In this document: piece after piece, positions 14,006 through 25,062 of the stretch
How positions within the stretch are numbered: the stretch's first letter is position 1
Layout of the letters: the number at the start of each line of letters is the position of its first letter
Origin: Schmidtea polychroa
Lineage: Eukaryota
NCBI GenBank assembly: GCA_044892525.1
Contig: CM097886.1
Location: 11,098,001 to 11,162,000 of the forward strand
Length of the DNA stretch: 64,000 bases
Direction: 5' to 3'
Position numbers and translations under genes: made by a program
Notes under the pieces: generated by a model
The model's input: the letters and a program-made list of their open reading frames with translations, nothing else
Told to the model about the DNA's origin: nothing
The model's database searches: none

Positions 14006-14222
14006 GCCCCCGCACAGCCTGAGTGACAAATGAAGTGTCGAACCTACTTGTATCCTATAATAGTTCAATCTTCTTTTATTTTCTAACTGCTTTCCTGTGT
14101 ATACTAACATTTGATAATTTACCGGAATTCCTTCTTTGTCCTGGATTTTTCCTTTTATCTTTTCAATTGTGTCATTCCATTCAACGTCAAGAGTAAGTAA
14201 GAGTCTTGAAAAATATTTGATT
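14006..14222 (-). pseudogene. Ubiquitin domain in frame with the N-terminus of BEL Gag
   Basis: QIFFKTLT[~11-nt deletion]TLDVEWNDTIEKIKGKIQDKEGIPVNYQMLVYTGKQLENKRRLNYYRIQVGSTLHLSLRLCGG, then NDEEILEEG...KKGKLTRLRNKI. Confidence 0.9.
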
Positions 14223-14495
14223 TATACTTCCCCATCGCAACTCAAAACCCATTACCCCACTCGCCCTCACCCTTGACTTAGCTCTGTTCTTTACCCTGTT
14301 CCCTTGGCTTCCCCCTTTAAAAGAGTGCTGGGGCCCATAGCAGCACTTTCCCACGCTCGGTAGGGAAGGGAGGATGGTTAATTTTACAAAAATATTAGCA
14401 AACACATAATACGCATAATATACACATAATATACATAAACACAAAAAAGACATTTTATAATCATTAATTACCTTGTTCCGGCTGGCTAGCCCGAA

Positions 14496-14511
14496 CCACG
14501 CTCTGCTACCA
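14496..14511 (-). promoter_or_regulatory. Primer-binding site, initiator tRNA-Met
   Basis: TGGTAGCAGAGCGTGG directly after ...TGAACA; complementary to the metazoan tRNAi-Met 3' end (..CTCTGCTACCA). Confidence 0.8.
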
Positions 14512-14589
14512 TGTTCATTTTTAAATTCAAAATAAAGCATAATAATTTTATTTCCATCCACAGAGCCAGTTTTGAATAACAACAATTTG

Positions 14590-15030
14590 TCCATGTCCAG
14601 ATCATAAGATAATTGAACAACCTAATGGTCGCATCTCAGTTGATTGGGTAGAAAGCTGCTTAACATCCGCAATAGAACGACATATTATGTCGCAAGGCAT
14701 TTCATATCCATGTTTATATCTAAATCGAGCTGCTTCCATTTGTGCACGACATACTTGAGATCGATAATCAGGGATCATACCAGTCATAACACCTCCAGTA
14801 CTTTCAGTAATATTAAACAATCTTGTAGCTGAACTCTTCTCAATCATTTTATCTGGAACCTTTCTTTGTATAGCTACTACATCACAATAATTGCATCGAA
14901 TACCCACGGAAAGCAATCCACCAAATAAATTTGATATCTGTTGGCCAAAAACACCATTAACGTTATCCGATTCCAAATAACATTTATCCTGGATCATATT
15001 GTTTGAATCATAATTAACCGCAGCCATCTT
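14590..15030 (-). pseudogene. PSMA6: Proteasome alpha-6 (alpha1) subunit fragment, intronless and degenerate
   Basis: SVGIR..VVAIQRKVPDKM....TRLFNITESTGGVMTGMIPDYRSQV.RA.MEAARFRYKHGYEMPCD...SIADVKQLSTQSTEMRPLGC. Confidence 0.88.
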
Positions 15031-15159
15031 TACCAACTCTTTACAACATTCACGTTCAAAAAACAAATCGATAAAAAACTCAACAACTCGATTTCCACTA
15101 AAAAAATACACACAAAAAATTAAACTCGAAAAAACCATTCTCGAAAAACATACTTGCCA

Positions 15160-15245
15160 TGCACAATTTTACGCGTCTGTGTGCGCACACAACCAAAATA
15201 CACAAGGAAAGCAAAAAGCGCACACAGACGCGAGCATCGAATTAA
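15160..15245 (-). repeat. Hairpin module A with 15-bp perfect inverted repeat
   Basis: CGCGTCTGTGTGCGC ... GCGCACACAGACGCG; homologous to 19675-19760. Confidence 0.85.
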
Positions 15246-15290
15246 ACATAGCAGGAAACGAAAATGAACCTATCGCAAGACGCACATCTC

Positions 15291-18220
15291 TAGGGTGAAC
15301 TTGTGTAGACGGACCAGGAATTGGGATGCCATTAAATCACCAAGCAAGCTTCGTGCGTGCTTACTTTATTAAAGAAGGCAATATAGATCATCAGATTCAG
15401 AAATTCTGGGAGCTTGAGGAAATTCAAGAAGCCCAAATAGCACTTTCAACAAAAGATAAATTAATTATGGAAGAAACTAAAAACCGATTAAACTACAAGG
15501 ACAATAGATATGAAGTTAGTTTGCCTTGGAAGAAAGAGAGACCAGTATTGGTTTTAAATAAAAACATGGCAGAAAAAAGATTGTAAGGATTAAAAGAACG
15601 ATTTAGTGAAGATGCGATATTGAAAGAAGAGTATTCCAAAATAATAGCAGAACACGAAAAAAAAGATTATATAAAGGAAATTACTAAGTCAGAGAAATTA
15701 GAAAATAAATGGTTGTTACCACACTTCCCAGTCATAAAGGGAGATCGAGAATCGACGAAAATAAGAATTGTGTTTGATGCAGCTGCCAAAAATTGTGGGA
15801 CTTGTCTGAATGACATAATAGAAACAGGACCAAAATTACAAAACGACTTGCTAGATGTTTTGCTACGGTTTAGGAAACATAGAATTGCCATAGTATGCGA
15901 TATTGCTGAAATGTTTTTGCAAATAGCCATAGCTGAGGAAGATAGAAAATATTTGAGATTTTTGTGGCAAGATGGAGAAAAAATCAGAATTTTTGTATTT
16001 AATAGATTGGTGTTTGGAATAAATGCCTCCCCATATTTAGCACAGTATGTTACTCAAGAGAACGCAAGAAATATAGAAAATAGATTTCCAAGAGCTGCTG
16101 AGACAATTATTAAATCCACTTATATGGATGACAGTTTAGATTCCGTGGAATCGGAAGCAGAAGCGTTTGAGTTGAAAAAAGATTTAGAAATAATTTGGAG
16201 TATGGCCGGAATGAAAACAAAGAAGTGGATAACAAATTCTGAAAGGTTGTTGGAAAGTATTCCATTGGAAGATCGAGCGTCAAAATTGAATATTGAAGAG
16301 GAAGGAAGCATGACAGTGAAAACTTTAGGATTAAGATGGTTATCGGACCGGACTAATTTGAGTTTTCGGTGAAGCCATTTCAATCAGATAAACTAACAAA
16401 AAGAACCTTATTAAGTTGGATAGCTAGAATATTTGATCCGCTAGGATTTTTAAGTGCATTTGTAGTAAGAGGAAAGCTGATAATGCAATCAACTTGGATG
16501 TCCGGAATCGATTGGGATGATCCATTGCCAATGGAAATAGAAATGAGCGCAAAAAGTTGGTTTGAAGAAGCAATCAATTTAAATGAGCTTAAAATACCTA
16601 GATGTTTAATTTATTCTGTGAATAGCGCAGTTCATATATTTTGCGATGCCTCTGAGAAAGCTTACGGAGCGATATTTAAGAGAGCAAACTAACGAAAACA
16701 TAGAAACTAGATTTATAGCGGCTAAGTCAAAAGTCGCTCCAGTTAAAATGGTTAGTATTCCGAGGATGGAATTGCTGGGAGCTTGTGTCGGCTTAAAACT
16801 CGCAAAAAAGATATCGAGAGCGATAAATTATGATATCAAGGATGTTACATTCTGGATTGCTAGTATGGATGTTCTATATTGGATACGACAGCATGCTAGA
16901 ACATTCAAACAATTTGTGATTATTAGGGTTGGAACCATACAGTTTGAAACATCAGCCAACCAGTGGAAGCATGTGCCTACGAAGGAGAATCCAGCAGATC
17001 TTATTTCCCGAGGAATGTCTGCTAGGGATCTGCAAGATAAAACTGAATGGTTAAAAGGACCAACTTTTCTCCAATTGGGAAAAGACGAATGGCCTAAAAC
17101 TGAATTCATCGACAGGCGAAAACATGTAAGGAAATTAAGAAAGTCGTTATGCACACGAATAAGCCAGAACTAAAGAATCGGAACTTTAAATCGTCAGTGA
17201 GCTGTTTCGAACCAGAATCTTATTCAGATTGGATTAAGTTAAAATGCATATACGCATGGGTAGTCAGATTTGTTAACAATTGCAGGTGTCAAATCGAATA
17301 AAAAAAGGATCAACTGAAATCCGAAGAAATCGAGATATTGAAATCAGAATAATCAAGGCGGATCAAGGAAAACATTTCGAAGAAGAAGTCAAACAATTGA
17401 AAAAATGTAGATCCGTTCAAGAAAGGAGTAAATTAACTAAACTGAATCCGATTTTAAATAACGATGGAATTATGCGATGTGATAGTCGTATAGTGAACGC
17501 TGAATTTCTAACAACTAAAGCAAAGGTATCCAATAATCCTGAGCGATAAAAGTTGAGTCACCAGACTAATCATTAAAGATTATCATAGGAAAGGAAATCA
17601 TTATGCTGGTGTAAACCACATATTGAGTGAGATAAATTAGGAATATTGGATATTAAGAGCAAGACAGTTAATCAAGGAATGTGAAAACAATTGTCCGGAA
17701 TGTATTAGAAGGAGAGCTAGGGGAATGGAACAAATAATGGCTCCACTACCTTCATTCAGATTTGATGAACCGATGCAAATATTTGGAAAAGTCGCTGTAG
17801 ATTTTGCGGGGCCATTTGAAACGATTCAGGGAAGGGGTAAAGTCAGACAGAAAAGATATCTTTGTTTATTCACCTGCTTACAAACCCGAGCAGTTCATTG
17901 TAAAATGGCTTACTCTTTTGACACAGATGTGTTTATTCGAGGCTTCCTGCGCTTCATCGGCAGAAGAGGAAAGCTTTTAATGATTTTATCGGATAATGGG
18001 ACAAATTTTGTAGGGGCTACCGGAGAAGTTCAAGAATTTGCGGTGGATTCCTAAAAAATGGCTAAAGTGATGTTGGAAAATCAGGTTAGATGGATATTCA
18101 ACCCGCCATCAGCGCCACATTTCGGAGGAGTTTTTCAATCTTTAATAAAGTCGGCGAAGAACTTAGCACAATATTAATAAGGGTAGAAGGGTTATTGAAT
18201 TCTCGACCTTTGACGGTCCA
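15291..18220 (+). mobile_element. Second BEL/Pao pol fragment (RT, RNase H, integrase), frameshifted
   Basis: IRIVFDAAAK, DIAEMFLQI, YMDD, HIFCDASEKAYGA, SIPRMELLGA, HVPTKENPADLISRG, YLCLFTC..TRAVH, SDNGTNFVGA. Confidence 0.93.
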
Positions 18221-18648
18221 ATGTATTGATAGCAAAAAAGATATTGCCCTCACTCGAAAGCACTTCTTATTAACTTATTAACTTCTTATTACAATTTTTC
18301 AATCTTATTATTAAATTCGCTTGATTTTAAAATTGAAGTTATCACCAAGGTAGAGTACCCGAGAGGCATTGCCTTGGCGAATCACTGTTTAAAAAATAAA
18401 TATTAATAACTTTATTTATTTAATTTTGAAAATTTGATTTTCTTTTTGAAATATTACTGATTTTCTTTATTTTTATCTCTCCCTATTTACCCTTGTTAAA
18501 TTCCTTTTGCCGTTTTGAGCAACTCATATTTATCTTGGATTGAAAGGTGCAAATTTCACAACCATCATAAAAATAAAAGGTTACTATTATCAAGTTGACA
18601 GTACTATTATATTATCATAATTGCATGCAGTGTTTCCTCGTAGACAAT

Positions 18649-19640
18649 CTAAGGTCTTGAGATCTTTGATTGACGTTCATATTTTCTCTTAAGTCTTTGA
18701 AAGTATATCAGTAGAGTGAGAAGAAAAATAATGAGAAATGATATCACGCTGATGATAATGGATGACAAAATAATACAAGTGCTTTCACTGTCATTTGATA
18801 ACGATGATTTAGTTCGGTTTCTTGAAATTGGTGCTCCATAAATAAAAGAAGAATTGATGTCATTCATGAATTGATTAATCATGTTTTTTGAAGAATTGTA
18901 ACTAGTTTTTGAACTGTAGGCATCAGATGTGTCAAATTGTACTCGAAACATTTTGTTTTCCACTAGCACGATTTTCCATTGATCGCAATGAAACGTACGC
19001 TGATAATATTTAATTTTGAAGTTGATTTTGAAAGTAATTGCTGAAATATTAAAATTTTAGACGTAATGTTACCTTGCAATACAGCTTGCAGTTTCCCGCA
19101 ATAATAGATTTCCACTTTCTTATTGGTACTCGCTGGTGGTGAGACTATCCATTTTTGATTATTATATTGTAATACGACTTGTTTCATTCTTCAATCCTAT
19201 GGATTATTGACTGGAATCAATTTTAACCCACTGGTTATCGATTTCAGTACCATTTTGACGCAAAAGCTTTTCGTAATAATGAACAATGATATCATACGTT
19301 TGATTTAATTTTATATTATTGTAATGGATAAAAGGTTTTCTGATATTCAATGTGTCGATAATTTAATTTTGGAAAATTAATTTCATTTTTTGGGATTCAT
19401 GGGGTTCCCAATATATATCGATTTCGTTCACTACTGGTTCTATTGAAACTGTATTTTTAAAATTTTTTGTTAAGATCTCTATTTGGATTAGGTTATACAT
19501 TTTTGTATTATTGTTCTGAAATAGCAATTGTGTTATTTCCCAGGGATTATTATAATTGATTGCTAATTGGCGGGCGACATAAAAATTTTTATTGAAATTC
19601 AATTTCACTGATGGGTCAAAGTAGTTTAATAAATTACTTA
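18649..19640 (-). pseudogene. Env-like type I membrane protein remnant downstream of the Gypsy integrase
   Basis: Broken ORFs 19363..19608, 18963..19187 and 18649..18969; several N-x-S/T sequons; C-terminal TM IILSSIIISVISFLIIFLLTLLIYF followed by a basic tail. Confidence 0.55.
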
Positions 19641-19674
19641 TTTCTATTTCTTCCGTTGTTTCACAAAGTGATTA

Positions 19675-19760
19675 ATTGTCGATGCTCGGGTCTGTGTGCG
19701 TTGTACTGGTTTTTGGAGGTTTTTGTGTGCGCACACAGACGCGGACAATTGTGAATATGA
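19675..19760 (+). repeat. Hairpin module A, second copy
   Basis: TCGATGCTCGGGTCTGTGTGCG...TGTGTGCGCACACAGACGCGGACAATTGTG. Confidence 0.85.
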
Positions 19761-19950
19761 TTTTATGATATGGAGTTTTTTGATTGGATGAAATTCTTTG
19801 TGTGTTCTTTGCTGGATTCGAATTTTTTGGATTGTATCGGTTTTTTATTGTTAAAGTTAGTGAGTTTGGATCTTGAGTTTTCGAATTTTTTGAAATTGCT
19901 GTGCTTTTGCCAAATATATAATTTAAAATCAAGTTTTTGAGATTTCTTCA

Positions 19951-20470
19951 ATGGATTTAATTAACAAATCAAATGATCATGCTATTCAACGCAACAGGGG
20001 CGTTCACATATCTCAGAATGGTAAATGTGTGACGTGCAAGGATGGATTTATTGAAAGACTTGAATCTGAAAACTCAATGGAAAGTAATGATGATGCCTTG
20101 AATGTTTCTCATATTATTCGTCATATTCCTGTTGGAAATACTACAAACGAAACTGATGGTTCCTTTTTTATGACTAAGAGATCCTGATAACTTTAATAGT
20201 GTTTTTGGCCAACTAATATCAAATTTATTTGGTGGATTGCTGCCGCAGGATTTTAGATTTGATTCGTCAGATTACATGTTTTCAGATCAAAGTTTTGACA
20301 AGGGTGTAACGAGTATTAAGAATCAATTTGAACAAAGTGGTCCTCCACTAGCAAATGAGGCAGATATTGAGAAATTACAAGTCAAGGAAATCACCGCAGC
20401 TAATGATACAGGTTTCAGTTGTCTGTCAGATTATGAGGTGGCCGATGAAGTGTACGAGTTGCTCCGTCGA
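19951..20470 (+). pseudogene. RNF126: RNF115/RNF126-type E3 ligase fragment, intronless, RING truncated
   Basis: N-terminal finger CVTCKDGFIERL; DYMFSDQSFDKGVTSIKNQFEQSGPPLANEADIEKL..CLSDYEVADEVYEL matches DYAW..[26 protein letters not shown].EDY...E.V..LPC. Confidence 0.8.
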
Positions 20471-20647
20471 GAAACGCGGACGATTACCCAGACGATACTA
20501 AGGACCAATCTTCAAAGGACAATTAAACACAAAGATAAAACCATACAATTTGGGTACATGTTGAATATATGTGAATTTTCTCCAATAATGGAACTCTTTT
20601 TATTGCATAATTTGAAAAATATCGTCCTGCATTTGTTCCCAAAACAT

Positions 20648-22770
20648 TTATAATAAGACTTTTGTTGTATATCCCAATGGCACGGGATTTTTAGTAACTC
20701 TTTGACTGACTACTTTTTCCTCTTTGATGTCATTCCTTTTCGATCTTAAGGGATATCTAGTATTTTCAATTGCTGGCGCTTTTTTGCAACGATTAGCATG
20801 AACTATAATTGTTCCAGCTTTCTTATTATTTTGCGGACGTAATTTCAGGTTTGTTTCCGTTGTATCACACACTATATACGGTCCTTTAAATGGCCGTTGC
20901 AACTTTTGTGACAAGTCTTTTACAGGCTCTGGCTTATTCACATAGACTAGATCTCCTATATTAATATTATATGCATGTTCCCTTATATCGTATGACTCTT
21001 TATACGCTTCCTGGTGATGTCTTATTTTTAGACCAGCTTGAGCCCATACTGAATGCAATCTCTCATGCATAATTACTTTATAATCCAATATATCCATATA
21101 CTGCGATATAGGTGCTTGAAATTTCAAATCAATTGGCATGTTGTTTCGGCGTAGTTTACATAAGATAGAAGGGTGCTTCACCAGTACTTTCATTAACTGC
21201 GTTTCGATATGCGAATAAACACGGTTTGATAAATAAATCCCAATCTCTTTGCTTTCGATTAACGTAAGATGAGATCATATTAATTAGTGTTCCGTTAAAA
21301 CTTTCTAGACCATCTGTTTATGGATGGTATGGTGATGTACTCAGTTTTAATATACCAAGTAGCTCCGATATCGAATTAAATAATTTGCTTTGAAAATTTG
21401 TTCCCTGATCTGTAAGTAACTTCTTTGGTGCTCCGTATCGAAAGATAATGTTTTCTACAAATATTTTTGCAACTGTTTCTACCTTTTGATTTTGCATGGC
21501 GTAGGCTTCTGGCCATTTAGTTAGATAGTCACAAAAGACAACGATATATTTATTGCCATTTACTGTTTCCGGTAATGGATGGACAATGTCCATTGCTGTC
21601 ATTTCCATTGGCGCTCCTGACACCGACATAGATTTTAATGGAACTTTTATCTTTCTTCTTGTGTTTCGTCTTTTCAAGCATACTTCACAGGTATGACACC
21701 ATTGTCTGACATCTTGTTCCATTGTTTCCCAAAACTACTTCAAATTCAATCTTGATAATGTTTTCCGAGCTGACAAATGTCCTCCTAGTGCTCTATCGTG
21801 ATAAATCAATAATAATGCTTCTCAATGTTTTGCTGGAACTACAATTAATAGATTTTCATTTTTTACACATTTTAACAAGCCTTCATGGATAATATATTTA
21901 TGTTTTTCCTCAACAATATGTTTCCAATCACACTCCTTTTTAATTGTTATTGCATTTTCTCATCATTTTCTTGATCATATTTTAATTCGTCTATATTATT
22001 TGGTAATTTAATTGCCATAAATATTGTATCATTATAGTTCATTTCTTCATTATTATCATTATTTTCCTCGGGGATTCTCGACAATGTATCAGCATTTGCA
22101 TTTGATTTACCCGCACGGTATTTAATTTCAAAATCATATTCCTGTAATGCAATTGACCATCTAATCAACTTACTTGTTGAATCTTTATGCTTCATGAGCA
22201 ATTGTAATGGATTATGGTCCATAAAGACAACAAATTGTCTACCAACTAAATACTGTCGAAATGTAGTTATTCCATAAACCAGTCCCAATGTCTCTTTTTC
22301 AATCGTAGAATAATTCTTTTCATGGAGTTTCAAAGTTCTATTAGTATATGCAATGACATGATCTTTCTCTCCTTCAACTTGTTGTCCTAGCACTGCGCCT
22401 AACGCAAAATTGCTCGTATCTGTCATTAAGATAAAAGGTATTTTAAAATTTGAGCATCTTAACATCGGTTTTTTAATCAGACTTTCATTAAGCAATTCGA
22501 ACGATTCCTGTTGAGTTTTTGTCCATTTAAATTGAGTCTGCTTTTTTATTAGTATGTTCAAAGGTTCTGCTACACGCGCAAAAATTTTAATGAATTTTCT
22601 ATAATAACTGGCGAATCCGAGAAATTGTCTAACATGATCTACATTTTTTGGAATTGGATAATTTTTAATTTTCTCTACATTTTCTGGGTTTGGTTGCAAT
22701 CCACTTCGTGATATAATATGACCCATATAGACTACCTCTGATTTCCCCCATTCGCATTTTGAGGGGAATT
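20648..22770 (-). mobile_element. Gypsy pol fragment: RT C-terminus, RNase H, integrase
   Basis: KCEWGKSEVVYMGH, RQFLGFASYYRKFI, LMTDTSNFALGAVL, YSTIEKE, NADTLSR, CHTCEVC, FCDYLTKWPEAY, LLTDQGTNF, TSPYHP, PFKGPY. Confidence 0.93.
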
Positions 22771-23330
22771 GATTCTCTCGTTTGACAACTATTTTGCTCC
22801 ATATTACAAAATGAATGAGTTTGTAACTTCCCTGTATCATCATCGAAAGCTTCTTCAAATTCTCTCAGTTCCGTTAAATATTCCTCAATCACTACAGCCT
22901 TTTCAATAATTTTACCTCTGACTTTGTATGGTTCCCATTCACAATCTCCGTCTTATTTCATGATTTAGTTTATAACAAACGTCTTTTTTTTGCCTTCAGT
23001 TTAATTTCCGGGTTAATTTTTAACTCTTCTGTTTGAAATGCTGCTAAACAATTTTCTGGCATAACTTCCACTGGCCTTTGAATCGTATACATCTTTATCA
23101 ATGAAGTGTGGCTCCACTTTCCACAGTAAAATACAAACATAGTACGTTTAACTATACATTCTCGAACTTTCGTTCGTCTTAAATCGGATTCTTGATATAC
23201 ATGATATTTTACATCTTTTTCAATCTTTAATTTCCGCGGATATGCATCTAAATCTTTCCCATTTCCGTTTTTGAACAATCATACGCAATCATACAGATTG
23301 TCTGTGTAATTATTGCGCACAAGATTATTA
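22770..23330 (-). pseudogene. N-terminal half of a chuvirus-type (class III-like) glycoprotein
   Basis: Signal peptide then IAYDC; VYQES..RTKVRECIVKR..FVFYCGKWSH; ENCLAAF; GDCEWEPY..G..IEKAVVIEEYLTEL..C....SC; joined directly to RT sequence at ~22770. Confidence 0.75.
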
Positions 23331-23892
23331 TCATAAACATTGCCCATGGAAATATCATCGTTTTTCTCATCTTTGGACTAAGTCTCCCGTTTAGCAATTT
23401 ATGGGGTACACTAATTTCATTATTTTCATTTATCGTACGCACTTTAATTAACTTCAACCATCCTCCATTCTTTTTCACCCAATTCATTAAATATTCATTT
23501 AAAACTCGAGCTGCTGTATCTATCAAATGGTTTAATTCATCTGATTCCATAATCTTATGAGCCCCTATTTCTAAAACTACATAGGTTAAGCTTGTTACTA
23601 TTACTTCTTTATCAATTCCATTTTTCGTCAACGTTGTAATCACTGCTGTATCACAAAATTCATAATTTTCACCAAATCTCTGCATAACGCTAGTAAGTTT
23701 CCTTTTCATTTCATTCGCCCTGTCCCCCAATTCACACTTTGCATCCACTTTTACTTTAAACATTGGGTATACTACTTTAACTAAATTCTTTAATAACTCT
23801 TTCGTCTCATCAAATTCTAATTCTGACCTTACCAGGCTCTTTTTTATCTCATGCAACGTTCTAGGCTTTTTTGTAATAATTTCACTATTCAT
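23248..23892 (-). CDS. Bcl-2-fold domain fused to the glycoprotein signal peptide and N-terminus
   Basis: BH4-like ETKELLKNLVKVVY, BH3-like MKRKLTSVMQRF, BH1-like AVITTLTKNGIDKEVIVTSLTY, strong BH2 VLNEYLMNWVKKNGGW; then hydrophobic MIFPWAMFMIIILCAIITQTIC and IAYDC. Confidence 0.78.
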   Translation of the reverse strand: MNSEIITKKPRTLHEIKKSLVRSELEFDETKELLKNLVKVVYPMFKVKVDAKCELGDRANEMKRKLTSVMQRFGENYEFCDTAVITTLTKNGIDKEVIVTSLTYVVLEIGAHKIMESDELNHLIDTAARVLNEYLMNWVKKNGGWLKLIKVRTINENNEISVPHKLLNGRLSPKMRKTMIFPWAMFMIIILCAIITQTICMIAYDCSKTEMGKI

Positions 23893-24540
23893 TTCGCTTC
23901 TTGGTACTTGCCATTCCTTTTGTACTTCGTTATTTTACTTTTATCTTTGTCATTATTTCCTAAGTCATTATTATCTATTACGCTTTCTCCTTCAATTCCA
24001 CTTTCATTTACATCATCTCCTTCTATATCAGTATTCGACCTGTCGGACTCATATCCTGTATTTGACATCTGACTTTTAATTACCATCACACAATTCACTA
24101 AATATCCTGAATCTGAACATAAGTATCCGTCTACCTCTAGTTTTCGAGGTATAAACCCACAATCGTATAAATACTCATCGTCATCTAACTCTTCACCTTT
24201 AAATATCAATAGAATAATTCCATCTTTTCCCATTCTTTCGTCGGCCTTTGTACACCAATTTTCTTTTATATACTCCGTTTTCCCCTCATTTTCATAATCT
24301 AATGCTATTACAAATGGTTTTAATTCCAACCTGGTTTCTCTAATCTCTTTTCCCAATTTTCGCAATAAGCCTTTTAATTTCTGTCTATATATCGATCCTT
24401 TATGGCCGTACTACATTTACAATTTCTAATTTACTATTTTCATCAAATTCCATTTCCTCAACTAATTTCAATTTTTCATTAATTTCATTTCTATCCCACT
24501 CATCTAAAGCTTCTCTCAAATCCTCTCAAGTTTCGAGCTT
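23889..24540 (-). CDS. Unknown ORF with acidic C-terminus, coupled to the Bcl-2 ORF by an ATGA overlap
   Basis: 158-aa ORF 23889..24365; degenerate coding-like sequence continues to ~24540; stop TGA overlaps the next ATG (AAATGAAT). Confidence 0.55.
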
Positions 24541-24590
24541 GAATCAGCAATATTGTATACTTACCTGGCGCGAAGAGTAATCTTCGCGTC

Positions 24591-24643
24591 TCCTGCATAG
24601 TACTGATGAGAGCAAAAAGCTCGAAACAAGTCTACTATTGGGA
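24591..24643 (+). ncRNA. Minimal type I hammerhead ribozyme
   Basis: Stem I ATAGTA(24597-602)/TACTAT(24633-38), extended by TCC/GGA; core CTGATGA 24603-09; stem II GAGC-AAAAA-GCTC; GAAAC-AA-GTC with predicted cleavage after C24632. All conserved core positions are present. Confidence 0.88.
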
Positions 24644-24741
24644 TTTGCACTGGGTATCACAAAGCTTGCAATGTTTATTTTATTGTTAGACATCCGTAAA
24701 ACAATATTTTAATATATATATATATTAATATATATCCCACA

Positions 24742-24810
24742 ACATATTTTGTCCCCCTATGGGTAATGGTCACACTAAACATGTTGCAAGGGTACTGCTC
24801 ACATACATCA
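24742..24810 (+). repeat. Module P: GACAAAATATTTTGTC palindrome plus ~29-bp GGGTACTGGTCAC/ACATGTTGCAA units
   Basis: Other copies at ~26100/26303, 36477-36540, 38480-38560, 41120-41180 and 41870-41950, in both orientations, usually next to N gaps. Confidence 0.8.
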
Positions 24811-25062
24811 NNNNNNNNNNNNNNNNNNNNNNNNNNNNNNNNNNNNNNNNNNNNNNNNNNNNNNNNNNNNNNNNNNNNNNNNNNNNNNNNNNNNNNNNNN
24901 NNNNNNNNNNNNNNNNNNNNNNNNNNNNNNNNNNNNNNNNNNNNNNNNNNNNNNNNNNNNNNNNNNNNNNNNNNNNNNNNNNNNNNNNNNNNNNNNNNNN
25001 NNNNNNNNNNNNNNNNNNNNNNNNNNNNNNNNNNNNNNNNNNNNNNNNNNNNNNNNNNNNNN

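Larger units (their letters stand above)
11750..14584 (-). mobile_element. BEL/Pao LTR retrotransposon, 3'-truncated: short LTR remnant, PBS, Ub-gag, protease, start of RT
   Basis: BEL Gag (LQKITIPVFEG..YEPWKAAF), ALLDDASSVSYI protease, ARLTPLGWTCVG, LPHFPVVRRDKDTTKVRIVFDAAA. Confidence 0.9.

Noticed and set aside
14325-14350. tRNA-Met gene
   Set aside because: Only an ~18-nt match; no cloverleaf. No tRNA or rRNA genes were seen in the window.
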